From positions 58,714 through 122,713 of the forward strand of contig CAJUEA010000001.1 of NCBI GenBank assembly GCA_910584975.1: DNA of 64,000 bases, given 5' to 3'. The translations under genes and the position numbers were made by a program. The notes under the pieces are model-generated. The model did not search any database and was not told the origin of the DNA. It saw only the letters and a list, made by a program, of their open reading frames with translations. Origin of the DNA: an uncultured Christensenella sp. (GTDB lineage: Bacteria > Bacillota > Clostridia > Christensenellales > UBA3700). Shown in pieces: positions 27,224 to 36,292 of this stretch; the stretch's first letter is position 1, and the number at the start of each line of letters is the position of its first letter.

Positions 27224-27530
27224 GAGGATTTCATATAGCTCGAAATGACAAGAATAATCAATGATTAAAGGCTGATATTTTTAGCGTCATTCTGAGCGAA
27301 GTGTAATGAAGTCGAAGAATCTCATATTATGCGTATTGAGTAAAGTAAAAACAATCCTTATTGCATATGCAATGTACGAGATCCCTCTCTATACCCCACA
27401 AAAATGCTATTTTGTTGGGACCCCATTACGCTCGGGATGACACTGGCACAAGCAAAGTTTGAGATTTTTCATTATGCCCACAAAAAAGTTGTTTTGTGGG
27501 GAATACATTTTTCACTTTGCTTATGACAAG
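27224..27530. repeat. Cluster 3 of the REP-like repeat family
   Basis: Contains GCTCGAAATGAC, GTCATTCTGAGCGAAGTGTAATGAAGTCGAAGAATCTC, GAGATCCCTC..CCCCACAAAAATGCTATTTTGTTGGG..CTCGGGATGAC and GAGATTTTTC..CCCACAAAAAAGTTGTTTTGTGGG. Confidence 0.85.
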
Positions 27531-27566
27531 CAGAAACAATCACAAAAGCAACAAGTTTTATTTCTC

Positions 27567-27595
27567 TTGACTTTAAATATGTTTGCGTGTATAAT
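27567..27595 (+). promoter_or_regulatory. Sigma-A promoter (TTGACT-17-TATAAT) with ~200-nt structured leader before the ApgM-fusion gene
   Basis: -35 at 27567-27572 and -10 at 27590-27595. Several hairpins lie in 27640-27800. No known riboswitch class recognised. Confidence 0.6.
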
Positions 27596-27805
27596 TAAAT
27601 TGATATAAAATAAATAATATTATCTGAAAATTTCGCAAAGAACCCGAAGGGTATTTTGCAGTAGCTGAAGATAATTCAAACTGGAAATACTTGCACTTAG
27701 CAAGCTCATTGCATTAGCAATATGAAGTTTTAATATAATTATTATATATCTTTATTTATAAGTTAAAAATCTTTCTTTAGCAAAAAGCTAAAAGGTAGGT
27801 GTAAT

Positions 27806-30800
27806 ATGAAATACATAGTTATTCTTGGTGATGGTATGGCTGATTTGCCTTATGACGGACTGGGTGGAAAAACTCCGCTTGAGGCTGCAAACAAGCCTAA
27901 TATTGATAACCTTGCACAACAAGGTGTTTGTGGAATGTGCAAAACTGTTCCTGATGGCATTAAGCCGGGCAGTGATGTTGCCAATCTTTCAGTCATGGGA
28001 TACTCTCCTTTAAAATATTATAGTGGAAGATCTCCTCTTGAGGCACTTAGCATTGGTGTGGATATGGCAGAGGATGATTTGGCTGTAAGGTGCAATCTTG
28101 TTACTCTGTCTAGCGAGGATAATTTTGCTGATAGAAGTATGGTCGATTACAGCGCAGGAGAGATTTCAACTGAGGAGGCTGCTCAACTTATTGAGGCTGT
28201 TGAGGCTGCTTTGGGCAATGATATATTCACTTTTTATAGTGGTGTAAGTTACAGGCATTGTTTGATTATGCACCACGGTGTGCGTGGTACAGAGTACACT
28301 CCACCTCACGATATTAGTGGCAAGGTTGTTGGGGATTATTTGCCAAAGGGCATTTATGGTGACCAAATGCTTGATCTTATGGTTAAGTCTTACGATGTTT
28401 TGAAAGAACATCCTATCAATTTAAAAAGAATTGAGGAAGGAAAAAATCCAGCAAACAGCATTTGGCTTTGGGGCGAGGGCAGCAGACCTTCTCTTCCTGA
28501 CTTTGCAAAAACAAGGGGGCTTAAAGGTGCTGTGATTTCTGCTGTAGATTTGCTTAAAGGCATTGGCATTGCAGGTGGCATGGATATTATTGAAGTTGAG
28601 GGGGCAACAGGAACCGTTAAAACAAATTTCAGTGGCAAGGCAGAGGCTTGTGTGAAAGCTATTCGCGATGGTTATGACTATGTTTATTTGCATATGGAGG
28701 CGCCTGACGAGTGTGGTCACCAAGGCGATAGTGAAGGTAAAGTTAAGTCCATTGAACTTATTGACGAAAAGGTTGTTGCATACATTTTGAAAGAGCTTGA
28801 GGGAGAGGATATCAGAATTTTGATTTGTCCTGACCATCCAACTCCATTGATTACAAAAACTCACAGCAGTGAGCCAATTCCTTTTGTTATTTATGACAGC
28901 ACTTGTATTAATGAGGGTATTTCTGCATATACTGAAAATGAGTGCAAAAAGACAAATTTGTTTTTGAACTCTGGTGATGAGTTGGTGAATTTGTTTTTGC
29001 AAAGTGATGAGGTGAATGAAATGAAAGACGAGCAAAATATACTTGAGGACAATCAAGATATAGCCGTTGTAGGGGGCAATGCAGATTTGGATAGCGAGCA
29101 AGTTTTGGATGATGCAGAGCTTTCTTCAAGCGATGTTGAGCAAGAGCAAATTGCTGAGGAAAATCAAATTCAAGATGTTTCTGAAATTGAGGAAAGTGCT
29201 TCTCAAGATGAAGATGTTGAGAATATAAAAGAAAATCAAAATGAAAATACTACAGACTATGATGATGAGGCTGTGCAAGCAAAATCTGGCAATATGATTA
29301 TTGTGGCAGAAGGTCAAGAGGATGAGGAAAACCCTTCAAAAATCGACCCTAATGAGCAAAAAGAAGAGAACGACGGTGGAGATGATGACAACAATCCTCC
29401 AAAAGGCAAAAAAGGAAAGAAAGACGATAAACAAGGAAAAATGTCGCCTAAAAAGAAAAAAATTGTTACTATTCTTATTGCAATAGCAGTTGTTGCAGTT
29501 GTTGCTTTGGTGGCAATATTAACACCTATTTTGGTTATCAATGCTCCAAAAATTTTAATCAGTGAGGCAGAGGACTTTATTAAAAAACCTGTAAAGGACA
29601 AAAAAGAATTGTACTATTTGCAAAAAGATGTTACTGTTGACGGAAACTTGACACTTGGCTTGAATGTGGATTTGAACAAAAAAACTCTTACCGTAAATGG
29701 TGTGCTTACATTGGAGGCTCCTAAGGGTGGCGAGATGACTTTGGGTGTTAAATCTGGTGACCAATATAAAATTGGTGGAAAGATTAAGGCTCAAACACTT
29801 GTTATCAAAAACGCAGAAAAAGTGACAATTTATACAAATGTGGTGTCACTAGAGGTTGAGTTTGATCATGTTGGTCAGGCAAATGTTATTGGTAGTTTGC
29901 AAGCGAACAAAAGATTTGATGTAAAAAGCAGTAAAGTTGTTTTTGACGAGCTTGCTTTTAGTGACAACAGCGATACAGGCGAAAGTGACTGGAAAATTGA
30001 AACAATGAATGCTGTAAATTCAGATATTGAATTCAACAAAGCAGTAAACATTAATTTGAATTTGCAAAACACAAAAGTTCGTGCAAACAGCGATATTAAA
30101 AATGCAATTTTGGATAACACTTCTGAAATAAGACTTTTTGGTGCTGTTTACAATGATATGAACAGTAAAGAGCTTGGAAGTATCACAGGTGGTAAGCTTG
30201 TTTATGTAAGTGGCAAAGAGGCTTTTGCGTTGATTGATAGTGCTGCTGTTGTGTGGATTGATAGAAATGCAAGTGGCATTATTAAAAATCCGGGAGAACT
30301 TAATTATATTGACTTCCTTGAAAGACCACAATTTGCTGTTATTGAAAGGGAAGGTTCTTCTGCACAACTAGAGCTTTCTTCCGTGGATGCTTTGGCAACA
30401 AAAGTTTTGGTTACAATTGACAACGCTCCAGATGAAGGTGTTATTGTGTTTGATATAAAAAATGATAATATATCTAAAGATGATGGCTTTGTGTTTAATC
30501 TTGGAGATAAGTTGAATTCTGTTGGCACCCACACAATAAAAATTGTATTAAGATCTGACGAGCCAGAATTTATAAAAGATAGCGACCCTTATTTCACAGA
30601 GCATACACACTATATCACTTTGGATAAAGTGGGTGGTGCAAAAGTTGTGCCAACAGGAGACAAATATGTGTTGCAATTTACTGCTGTTGATTTTGCAGAG
30701 ACTTATGAGGTTGTCTTTGACGGAGTAATGGTTGTGTTGAAAAACGATGGCAAAAAAGGTGGCGAATCAATTGAATATATTTTGAGTGAGGACGAAAACT

Positions 30801-31174
30801 TTAAGCCTCTTTTGGCAGTTCCGGGCAATCACTCAATCACAATTGTTGCAAAAAGCAGTGTGGAGGGTATCAACTCCAGTGAAAAAGCTTATGCAAAATT
30901 TGATGCAATAAAAGGCAATCTTTCAGCTCCAGAAGTGGAAGTTAAGTTTGAGGGTGGCAACTGGGTAATCAGTTGGAAAAATGTGGAAAATGCTGCAAGA
31001 TATACACTAGTATTTAAAGGTACCGACAAGGCAGATTATACTATAAGCACAAATTCAAATCAAGTTGTCATTTCTGCAAGTGAGCTTGACGGATATGAGT
31101 CTGTTGAGGTAACTGCTATTGGTGGAAAGTATTACAACGATAGTGCTGTTGAAACTAAGCCATTGAGTGCATAA
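27806..31174 (+). CDS. Fusion protein: archaeal-type cofactor-independent phosphoglycerate mutase-like (ApgM/COG3635) domain + acidic linker + TM helix + ~540-aa extracytoplasmic domain
   Basis: The first ~400 aa match the ApgM pattern (MKYIVILGDGMAD, GGKTPLEAANKPNIDNLA, GSDVANLSVMGY, YSAGEISTEEA, HMEAPDECGHQG, CPDHPTP). An Asp/Glu-rich linker follows, then KGKKGKKDDKQGKMSPKKKK and the TM segment IVTILIAIAVVAVVALVAILTPILVI. Confidence 0.7.
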   Translation: MKYIVILGDGMADLPYDGLGGKTPLEAANKPNIDNLAQQGVCGMCKTVPDGIKPGSDVANLSVMGYSPLKYYSGRSPLEALSIGVDMAEDDLAVRCNLVTLSSEDNFADRSMVDYSAGEISTEEAAQLIEAVEAALGNDIFTFYSGVSYRHCLIMHHGVRGTEYTPPHDISGKVVGDYLPKGIYGDQMLDLMVKSYDVLKEHPINLKRIEEGKNPANSIWLWGEGSRPSLPDFAKTRGLKGAVISAVDLLKGIGIAGGMDIIEVEGATGTVKTNFSGKAEACVKAIRDGYDYVYLHMEAPDECGHQGDSEGKVKSIELIDEKVVAYILKELEGEDIRILICPDHPTPLITKTHSSEPIPFVIYDSTCINEGISAYTENECKKTNLFLNSGDELVNLFLQSDEVNEMKDEQNILEDNQDIAVVGGNADLDSEQVLDDAELSSSDVEQEQIAEENQIQDVSEIEESASQDEDVENIKENQNENTTDYDDEAVQAKSGNMIIVAEGQEDEENPSKIDPNEQKEENDGGDDDNNPPKGKKGKKDDKQGKMSPKKKKIVTILIAIAVVAVVALVAILTPILVINAPKILISEAEDFIKKPVKDKKELYYLQKDVTVDGNLTLGLNVDLNKKTLTVNGVLTLEAPKGGEMTLGVKSGDQYKIGGKIKAQTLVIKNAEKVTIYTNVVSLEVEFDHVGQANVIGSLQANKRFDVKSSKVVFDELAFSDNSDTGESDWKIETMNAVNSDIEFNKAVNINLNLQNTKVRANSDIKNAILDNTSEIRLFGAVYNDMNSKELGSITGGKLVYVSGKEAFALIDSAAVVWIDRNASGIIKNPGELNYIDFLERPQFAVIEREGSSAQLELSSVDALATKVLVTIDNAPDEGVIVFDIKNDNISKDDGFVFNLGDKLNSVGTHTIKIVLRSDEPEFIKDSDPYFTEHTHYITLDKVGGAKVVPTGDKYVLQFTAVDFAETYEVVFDGVMVVLKNDGKKGGESIEYILSEDENFKPLLAVPGNHSITIVAKSSVEGINSSEKAYAKFDAIKGNLSAPEVEVKFEGGNWVISWKNVENAARYTLVFKGTDKADYTISTNSNQVVISASELDGYESVEVTAIGGKYYNDSAVETKPLSA

Positions 31175-31250
31175 TTGACTTGGCGTGTTGTGTGAAAAAG
31201 CAAGTTTTTGTTTGCAAATTGTTGCTTTTGGCGTTTGTAACAAAAAGTTA

Positions 31251-31279
31251 TTGACAAGAATATGCTATTATGATATAAT
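31251..31279 (+). promoter_or_regulatory. Sigma-A promoter of the cysE-cysS operon (TTGACA-17-TATAAT)
   Basis: Consensus hexamers at 31251-31256 and 31274-31279. Confidence 0.75.
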
Positions 31280-31284
31280 TCAAT

Positions 31285-31530
31285 TACAGCTTAATATGGC
31301 GTTTGTGGCTTGCCACATATGTGCCAAAAGAGTAGTTTGAATATAGGTTACAGAGAATGTGGGTCATCGGGTGCAAGCCTACTAACACTAATTTGAATGA
31401 AGTGCATTGGCATAAGTCAGCGAAGGAAATGTCGCTCGGGGCATCGTTATCTGCATATGAGAGCAACTTTTTGTTGTTAAATTAAAGTGGAATCACGGTA
31501 TAGCGTCTTTATGTTATGCCGTGTTTTTTG
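31285..31530 (+). promoter_or_regulatory. T-box leader, cysteine specifier (UGC)
   Basis: AGAG/AGTA elements at 31329-31335. Specifier context GGGTGCAAGCC (31369-31379). T-box sequence AAATTAAAGTGGAATCACGG (31479-31498), with UGGA matching a U73 discriminator. Terminator CACGGTAT..ATGCCGTG plus TTTTTT (31494-31530). Confidence 0.8.
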
Positions 31531-31671
31531 TTCAATGTTTTAGTAAAATAAAAGTCAAATTTATTGTTTTGCAGTTTACTAAAAACAACAAACAATTAGG
31601 CAAAACAAATAATGAGATAGAACAAGCAATTAAGCAAATTGATTTTATCGAATAAAAAAATTGAGGTTATT

Positions 31672-32430
31672 ATGAAACAATTTAAGGCAGATTTGCAAGC
31701 GGTTATGGATAGAGATCCTGCCGCAACCAGTAAAATTATCGTTTTTTTGACCTATGGTGGTTTTAGGGCTATCCGTAGGCATAGGCGTGCCAACTGGTTT
31801 TACAGACACAATATAAAATGGCTTGCAGAGCTTATTTCTGCAAAAACAAGACGATTGACAGGTGTGGATATTCATCCTGCTGCAAAGATAGGTCAAGGGG
31901 TGTTCATTGATCACGGCGTGGGCGTGGTTATTGGCGAAACTTGCGAAATCGGCGACAATGTTACCATTTATCAAGGGGTTACGCTTGGTGGTACGGGCAA
32001 AGATGTGGGAAAAAGACATCCAACAATTGCAAACAACTGCATGATAAGCAGTGGTGCAAAAGTGCTAGGACCAATCACTATCGGCGAGTATAGCAAGATT
32101 GGTGCTGGTTCGGTTGTGCTAAAAGATGTGCCTTCTCACAGCACTGTGGTTGGTGTTCCTGGCAGAATTGTAAAACGCCACGAAACAAAAATTGACCTTA
32201 ACCAAAATGTGCCTGACCCAGTTTTGCAAGAGTTTGCAAGACTATGCAAAAGGCTTGCTGTTTTGGAAGAAAAATTAGGCGTTGAATCTTGCAAATATTC
32301 TATTGCCAACACAGATGTTATTGAGGACGAGGCTTATTTGCAAATGCTTGTGGAAAAACGAGAGGCAAGCAAACAGAACAAAGCAACTGCTGAAAACAAA
32401 CAAGTCAAAGAGGATAAAAAAGACAATTAA
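31672..32430 (+). CDS. cysE: Serine O-acetyltransferase
   Basis: Start at MKQFKAD (RBS GAGG upstream). Hexapeptide-repeat region DIHPAAKIGQGVFIDHGVGVVIGETCEIGDNVTIYQGVTLGG, plus KRHPT. Confidence 0.9.
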   Translation: MKQFKADLQAVMDRDPAATSKIIVFLTYGGFRAIRRHRRANWFYRHNIKWLAELISAKTRRLTGVDIHPAAKIGQGVFIDHGVGVVIGETCEIGDNVTIYQGVTLGGTGKDVGKRHPTIANNCMISSGAKVLGPITIGEYSKIGAGSVVLKDVPSHSTVVGVPGRIVKRHETKIDLNQNVPDPVLQEFARLCKRLAVLEEKLGVESCKYSIANTDVIEDEAYLQMLVEKREASKQNKATAENKQVKEDKKDN

Positions 32431-32518
32431 TTTGTTGTAATTTTGAACAATAGTATCGATTTTTGATGGTTTTTTGATTGTGTTAACGCCCTTGTTTGGG
32501 ATAACAAGAAGCATAGTG

Positions 32519-32597
32519 TGAGATTTCCGGTTGTGATGCATTTTGCTTAGAATGATAATGTTCCTGTTCTGTCATCCTGAGCGTAGTTGAAGGATAG
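32519..32597. repeat. Cluster 4 of the REP-like repeat family (inside the cysE-cysS intercistronic region)
   Basis: GTGAGATTTCCGG..GCTTAGAATGAT and GTCATCCTGAGCGTAGTTGAAGGATAGC. Confidence 0.7.
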
Positions 32598-32675
32598 CAA
32601 ACATTGATAGTGAATTAAGATATTGATAAAAGCAATAATAAAATAATGAAAAGTGAAAATATAAAGAGGTGTGAA

Positions 32676-34067
32676 ATGTTGAGAGTTTACAACACATTAA
32701 CAAGAAAAAAAGAGGATTTCAATGAACTTAACAAGGGAGAAATTACAATGTACTCTTGTGGTCCTACTGTGTATAACTATGCACATATTGGAAATTTGAG
32801 GACATATGTTTTTATGGATTTGTTGAGGAGGGTGCTTTCATATGACGGCTACAAGTTGAAAGGCGTTATGAACATCACTGATGTTGGACATTTGACAAGT
32901 GACGGCGATGAAGGCGAGGATAAAATGGATAAGCGTGCAAAGGAAACTGGCAAGACTCCAAAGGAGATTGCAGATTTTTACACAAATATCTTTATGACCG
33001 ACCTTGCAAAACTTAACATTGGCTTGCCAGAGATTATTGCAAAAGCTACAGAGCATATTGACGATATGATTGACTATGTTCAAAGACTTGTTGCTGCAGG
33101 CTATGCATATGAGACAAGCGACGGCGTTTATTTTGATATCAGCAAATTTCCAAAATATGGCGAATTGTCAAGACTTAATCTTGATGAGCAAATTGCAGGT
33201 GCAAGGGTTGAGGTAAACTCTGAAAAACGCAATCCACAAGATTTTGCAGTTTGGAAAAAAGCTGACCCAAATCATATTCAACAATGGCAAAGCCCTTGGG
33301 GAATGGGTTATCCAGGCTGGCATATTGAATGTTCTGCAATGAGCCAAAAATATCTTGGCGAGGTGTTTGATATTCATACTGGTGGTGTGGACCATATTCC
33401 TGTGCACCACGAAAACGAGATTGCTCAAAATGAGGCACTTACAGGCAAAAAGTCTGTTGACTATTGGATGCACGGCGAATTTATGCTTGTGGATAATGGC
33501 AAAATGAGCAAAAGTCTTGGTAACACTTATACAATTGCACAACTTGAGCAAATGGGTTACAGCCCTATGGTATTCCGTTATTTCTGCCTAAATGCGCATT
33601 ACAGAAAAAAACTAAACTTTACTTTTGACGGAATGGATTCAGCAAAAGTATCTTATGAAAGATTGTGCGCAATTTTGAGAAGTCACAGCTACGGGCTTGC
33701 TTTGGTTGATGAAGGTACTTTGAAAGAATTTAAAGACGAATTTGATGCGGCAATCAATGACGATATAAATATTCCTATGGCACTAGGCGTGCTTTGGAAA
33801 ATGACAAAACTACCTCTTTGCTCAGATGTTTACAAATTGGCATTGCAAATGGATAAGGTACTTGGTCTTTCTCTTGACAAGGCAGAGGAATATTTGAATA
33901 GTTTGGAGCAAGACATCCCTGAAGAAGTTGTGGCTCTTGCTGAGGAGCGCAAACAGGCTAAGCTGGACAAAAACTGGGCAAAAGCAGATGAGCTAAGAGG
34001 TAAAATTACTGCTTTGGGCTATTCTATTTTGGATAGCAAAGAGGGATACGAGCTTAAGAAAAATTGA
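32676..34067 (+). CDS. cysS: Cysteine--tRNA ligase
   Basis: Start at MLRVYNTLTR (RBS AGAGGTG upstream). HIGN motif (YAHIGNLRTY) and KMSKS motif. Confidence 0.95.
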   Translation: MLRVYNTLTRKKEDFNELNKGEITMYSCGPTVYNYAHIGNLRTYVFMDLLRRVLSYDGYKLKGVMNITDVGHLTSDGDEGEDKMDKRAKETGKTPKEIADFYTNIFMTDLAKLNIGLPEIIAKATEHIDDMIDYVQRLVAAGYAYETSDGVYFDISKFPKYGELSRLNLDEQIAGARVEVNSEKRNPQDFAVWKKADPNHIQQWQSPWGMGYPGWHIECSAMSQKYLGEVFDIHTGGVDHIPVHHENEIAQNEALTGKKSVDYWMHGEFMLVDNGKMSKSLGNTYTIAQLEQMGYSPMVFRYFCLNAHYRKKLNFTFDGMDSAKVSYERLCAILRSHSYGLALVDEGTLKEFKDEFDAAINDDINIPMALGVLWKMTKLPLCSDVYKLALQMDKVLGLSLDKAEEYLNSLEQDIPEEVVALAEERKQAKLDKNWAKADELRGKITALGYSILDSKEGYELKKN

Positions 34068-34106
34068 TATTGCAGTAGGAACTAACAATTTTTTTAATGA
34101 TAAATT

Positions 34107-34138
34107 GGCACTAAATTTGATTTTAGTGCCGATTTTTT
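34107..34138 (+). terminator. Intrinsic terminator of cysS
   Basis: 9-bp stem GGCACTAAA/TTTAGTGCC followed by a T-run. Confidence 0.8.
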
Positions 34139-34243
34139 AATGTTTTTTTAGTTTATTTTGCAATTTTAGCGTCCTAAAAACAGCAATATTTGAAAAAACA
34201 AAATGTTATTTAAAATTAAAAGTTGATTGTTGCTAATCAATAA

Positions 34244-34792
34244 TTAAAATCTGCAATACATCCCTATTGAGGTTAGTATGTAGCTTGCAGTCCATTCATT
34301 TTGAATCATTTTTTTGCTGTAAGCACACATATTTTTTGCTTTGTTCAGCATTAGCAAAAGATGTTTTTGCATTGTTATAATTTGTTTTAGCAATCTGCAA
34401 TAATCTTCCTCGTGGCTTAAAATAGGGGCGTAACTGATTTTGTTATCCGTGGCAGAATAATAACACTTCAAGGCAAGATTGGAATTTGTCTTTTTCAGTT
34501 TGATTATGTCTGCAATGTCGTCTTTTACATGGTGTGGTGCTGTGGTAAAAAGTTGCCTTAAAGCCATAATCAAGTCTTGCTCTGCAAAATAAATTCTTTC
34601 AAAAAGTTTAGTTTGCCTTGGGTCAGTTCCACACTTAGGACTTTTGCATAAGCTGACAGGATGATGTTGTGGTGGCGAAACAGCTCTTTGGCAGTTTTTG
34701 CACAACAATCCTTTTCGTCTTTGCAGTTCGTTATATTCTTTATTCATCAAATTAATTTGCTCGTCTGATGGCATAATTTCAAATTCGTTCAT
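34244..34792 (-). CDS. Hypothetical protein (182 aa) with N-terminal Cys cluster
   Basis: RBS AGGGAGG upstream. CKNCQ..LCKSPKCG suggests a zinc ribbon. No family recognised. Confidence 0.5.
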   Translation of the reverse strand: MNEFEIMPSDEQINLMNKEYNELQRRKGLLCKNCQRAVSPPQHHPVSLCKSPKCGTDPRQTKLFERIYFAEQDLIMALRQLFTTAPHHVKDDIADIIKLKKTNSNLALKCYYSATDNKISYAPILSHEEDYCRLLKQIITMQKHLLLMLNKAKNMCAYSKKMIQNEWTASYILTSIGMYCRF

Positions 34793-34997
34793 AATTCCTC
34801 CCTAGGGTATAGTTTATGCGCCACTCCACTCACATTATTACATCAAATTTATTATGCACATTGATATTTTTAGTTTTTCAGAATTTATTTATTAAAGTAT
34901 AGTTTAAGTATATAATTTTTTAAATTTTTAAACAAATTGTGTATTGACACATATGGTAAATTATGGTAGTATAAAATTAAGAGAGGGGGTGAAAGAA

Positions 34998-35486
34998 TTG
35001 AAAAAGTTTTTAGCAAAATTTATGGCATTTGCACTGGCGACAACACTCTTATGTGGAATAAGCTTGTTGTTTATTGGCTGTGATAAAGAACCTAAGTACG
35101 AGATAAAACTTTTTGATGACGAATGGAATGAACTTGAAAAAAACAAAGATGGCAAGGGATATAAATGGGATGTAGTAGAATATGAATATGATGGAAAGAC
35201 TAAAGGATTTAATGCAATAGCATATCGAAATGGAAAAGAGTTTTACAGAATGGATTACAAGACATTTGATTGGGAAAACAAGATTATTCAGGTGCTTTAT
35301 AGTACTCCAAAAATGAGTGGTTATTATGCATTAACTGACGCAGAAAAATTTCCAGTAGAAAAAGGGGAGTATTATTTGCTTTATGAATTTTTTAGTGATC
35401 CAAGAACGGGGCCAGGTCATTATTTTGAAGGAGAAACATTTCCACGATATGGACAAGAAATAGAGATAAAATTTAAAATAATTTAA
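34998..35486 (+). CDS. Small lipoprotein, copy 1
   Basis: TTG start 8 nt after the RBS GAGGGGG (alternative GTG at 34989). Signal peptide KKFLAKFMAFALATTLLCGISLLFIGC with lipobox. Confidence 0.65.
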   Translation: MKKFLAKFMAFALATTLLCGISLLFIGCDKEPKYEIKLFDDEWNELEKNKDGKGYKWDVVEYEYDGKTKGFNAIAYRNGKEFYRMDYKTFDWENKIIQVLYSTPKMSGYYALTDAEKFPVEKGEYYLLYEFFSDPRTGPGHYFEGETFPRYGQEIEIKFKII

Positions 35487-35568
35487 AAACAAAAGTAAAT
35501 ATGTCTGTATGAATTTAATGGTTGACTAAATAGGACAATTTCAGGAATTAAGAGAGGGGGTGAAAGAA

Positions 35569-36057
35569 TTGAAAAAGTTTTTAGCAAAATTTATGGCATT
35601 TGCACTGGCGACAACACTCTTATGTGGAATAAGCTTGTTGTTTATTGGCTGTGATAAAGAACCTAAGTACGAGATAAAACTTTTTGATGACGAATGGAAT
35701 GAACTTGAAAAAAACAAAGATGGCAAGGGATATAAATGGGATGTAGTAGAATATGAATATGATGGAAAGACTAAAGGATTTAATGCAATAGCATATCGAA
35801 ATGGAAAAGAGTTTTACAGAATGGATTACAAGACATTTGATTGGGAAAACAAGATTATTCAGGTGCTTTATAGTACTCCAAAAATGAGTGGTTATTATGC
35901 ATTAACTGACGCAGAAAAATTTCCAGTAGAAAAAGGGGAGTATTATTTGCTTTATGAATTTTTTAGTGATCCAAGAACGGGGCCAGGTCATTATTTTGAA
36001 GGAGAAACATTTCCACGATATGGACAAGAAATAGAGATAAAATTTAAAATAATTTAA
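35569..36057 (+). CDS. Small lipoprotein, copy 2 (identical)
   Basis: As copy 1, shifted by 571 bp. Confidence 0.65.
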   Translation: MKKFLAKFMAFALATTLLCGISLLFIGCDKEPKYEIKLFDDEWNELEKNKDGKGYKWDVVEYEYDGKTKGFNAIAYRNGKEFYRMDYKTFDWENKIIQVLYSTPKMSGYYALTDAEKFPVEKGEYYLLYEFFSDPRTGPGHYFEGETFPRYGQEIEIKFKII

Positions 36058-36209
36058 AAACAAAAGTAAATATGTCTGTATGAATTTAATGGTTGACTAA
36101 ATAGGACAATTTTAGGAATTAAGAAAGGGGGTGAAAGAATTGAAAAAATTTTTAGCAAATCATCTTTTTGTATAAAATATCTTGCTTGTAATGGGCAAGA
36201 TATTTTATC

Positions 36210-36238
36210 TTGACTTTGGGTTGCAATAATGTTAAAAT
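36210..36238 (+). promoter_or_regulatory. Extended -10 sigma-A promoter of ade (TTGACT-17-TAAAAT, TGN)
   Basis: Hexamers at 36210-36215 and 36233-36238. Preceded by a 12-bp-stem hairpin (36174-36206) that probably terminates the lipoprotein genes. Confidence 0.6.
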
Positions 36239-36292
36239 ATTAGTAGTTATTAAAAAATTATTATTTTTTACTATAAAAGGTTGGAATAAGGT

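Larger units (their letters stand above)
34975..36159 (+). repeat. Tandem duplication: two apparently identical 571-bp units plus a diverged ~43-bp start of a third
   Basis: Units 34975-35545 and 35546-36116 read identical base for base. The third copy (36117-36159) has a few substitutions and then diverges. Confidence 0.9.

Noticed and set aside
28421-29101. 226-aa antisense ORF inside the ApgM-fusion gene. Similar long antisense ORFs: 42778-43374, 50219-50695, 56981-57454, 38314-38733, 16857-17294 and 19143-19661.
   Set aside because: Each lies opposite a confidently identified conserved gene. Their composition is Cys/Phe/Leu-rich and low in complexity, typical of antisense frames in AT-rich DNA, and none has an RBS.
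34975-36159. The 571-bp repeat as an IS or MITE
   Set aside because: There are no terminal inverted repeats and no transposase. The unit is simply a complete lipoprotein gene plus flanks arranged head to tail.
36160-36292. Purine riboswitch upstream of adenine deaminase
   Set aside because: Only a terminator-like hairpin and a promoter fit in the ~130 bp. No three-way junction or conserved purine-riboswitch loops are visible.
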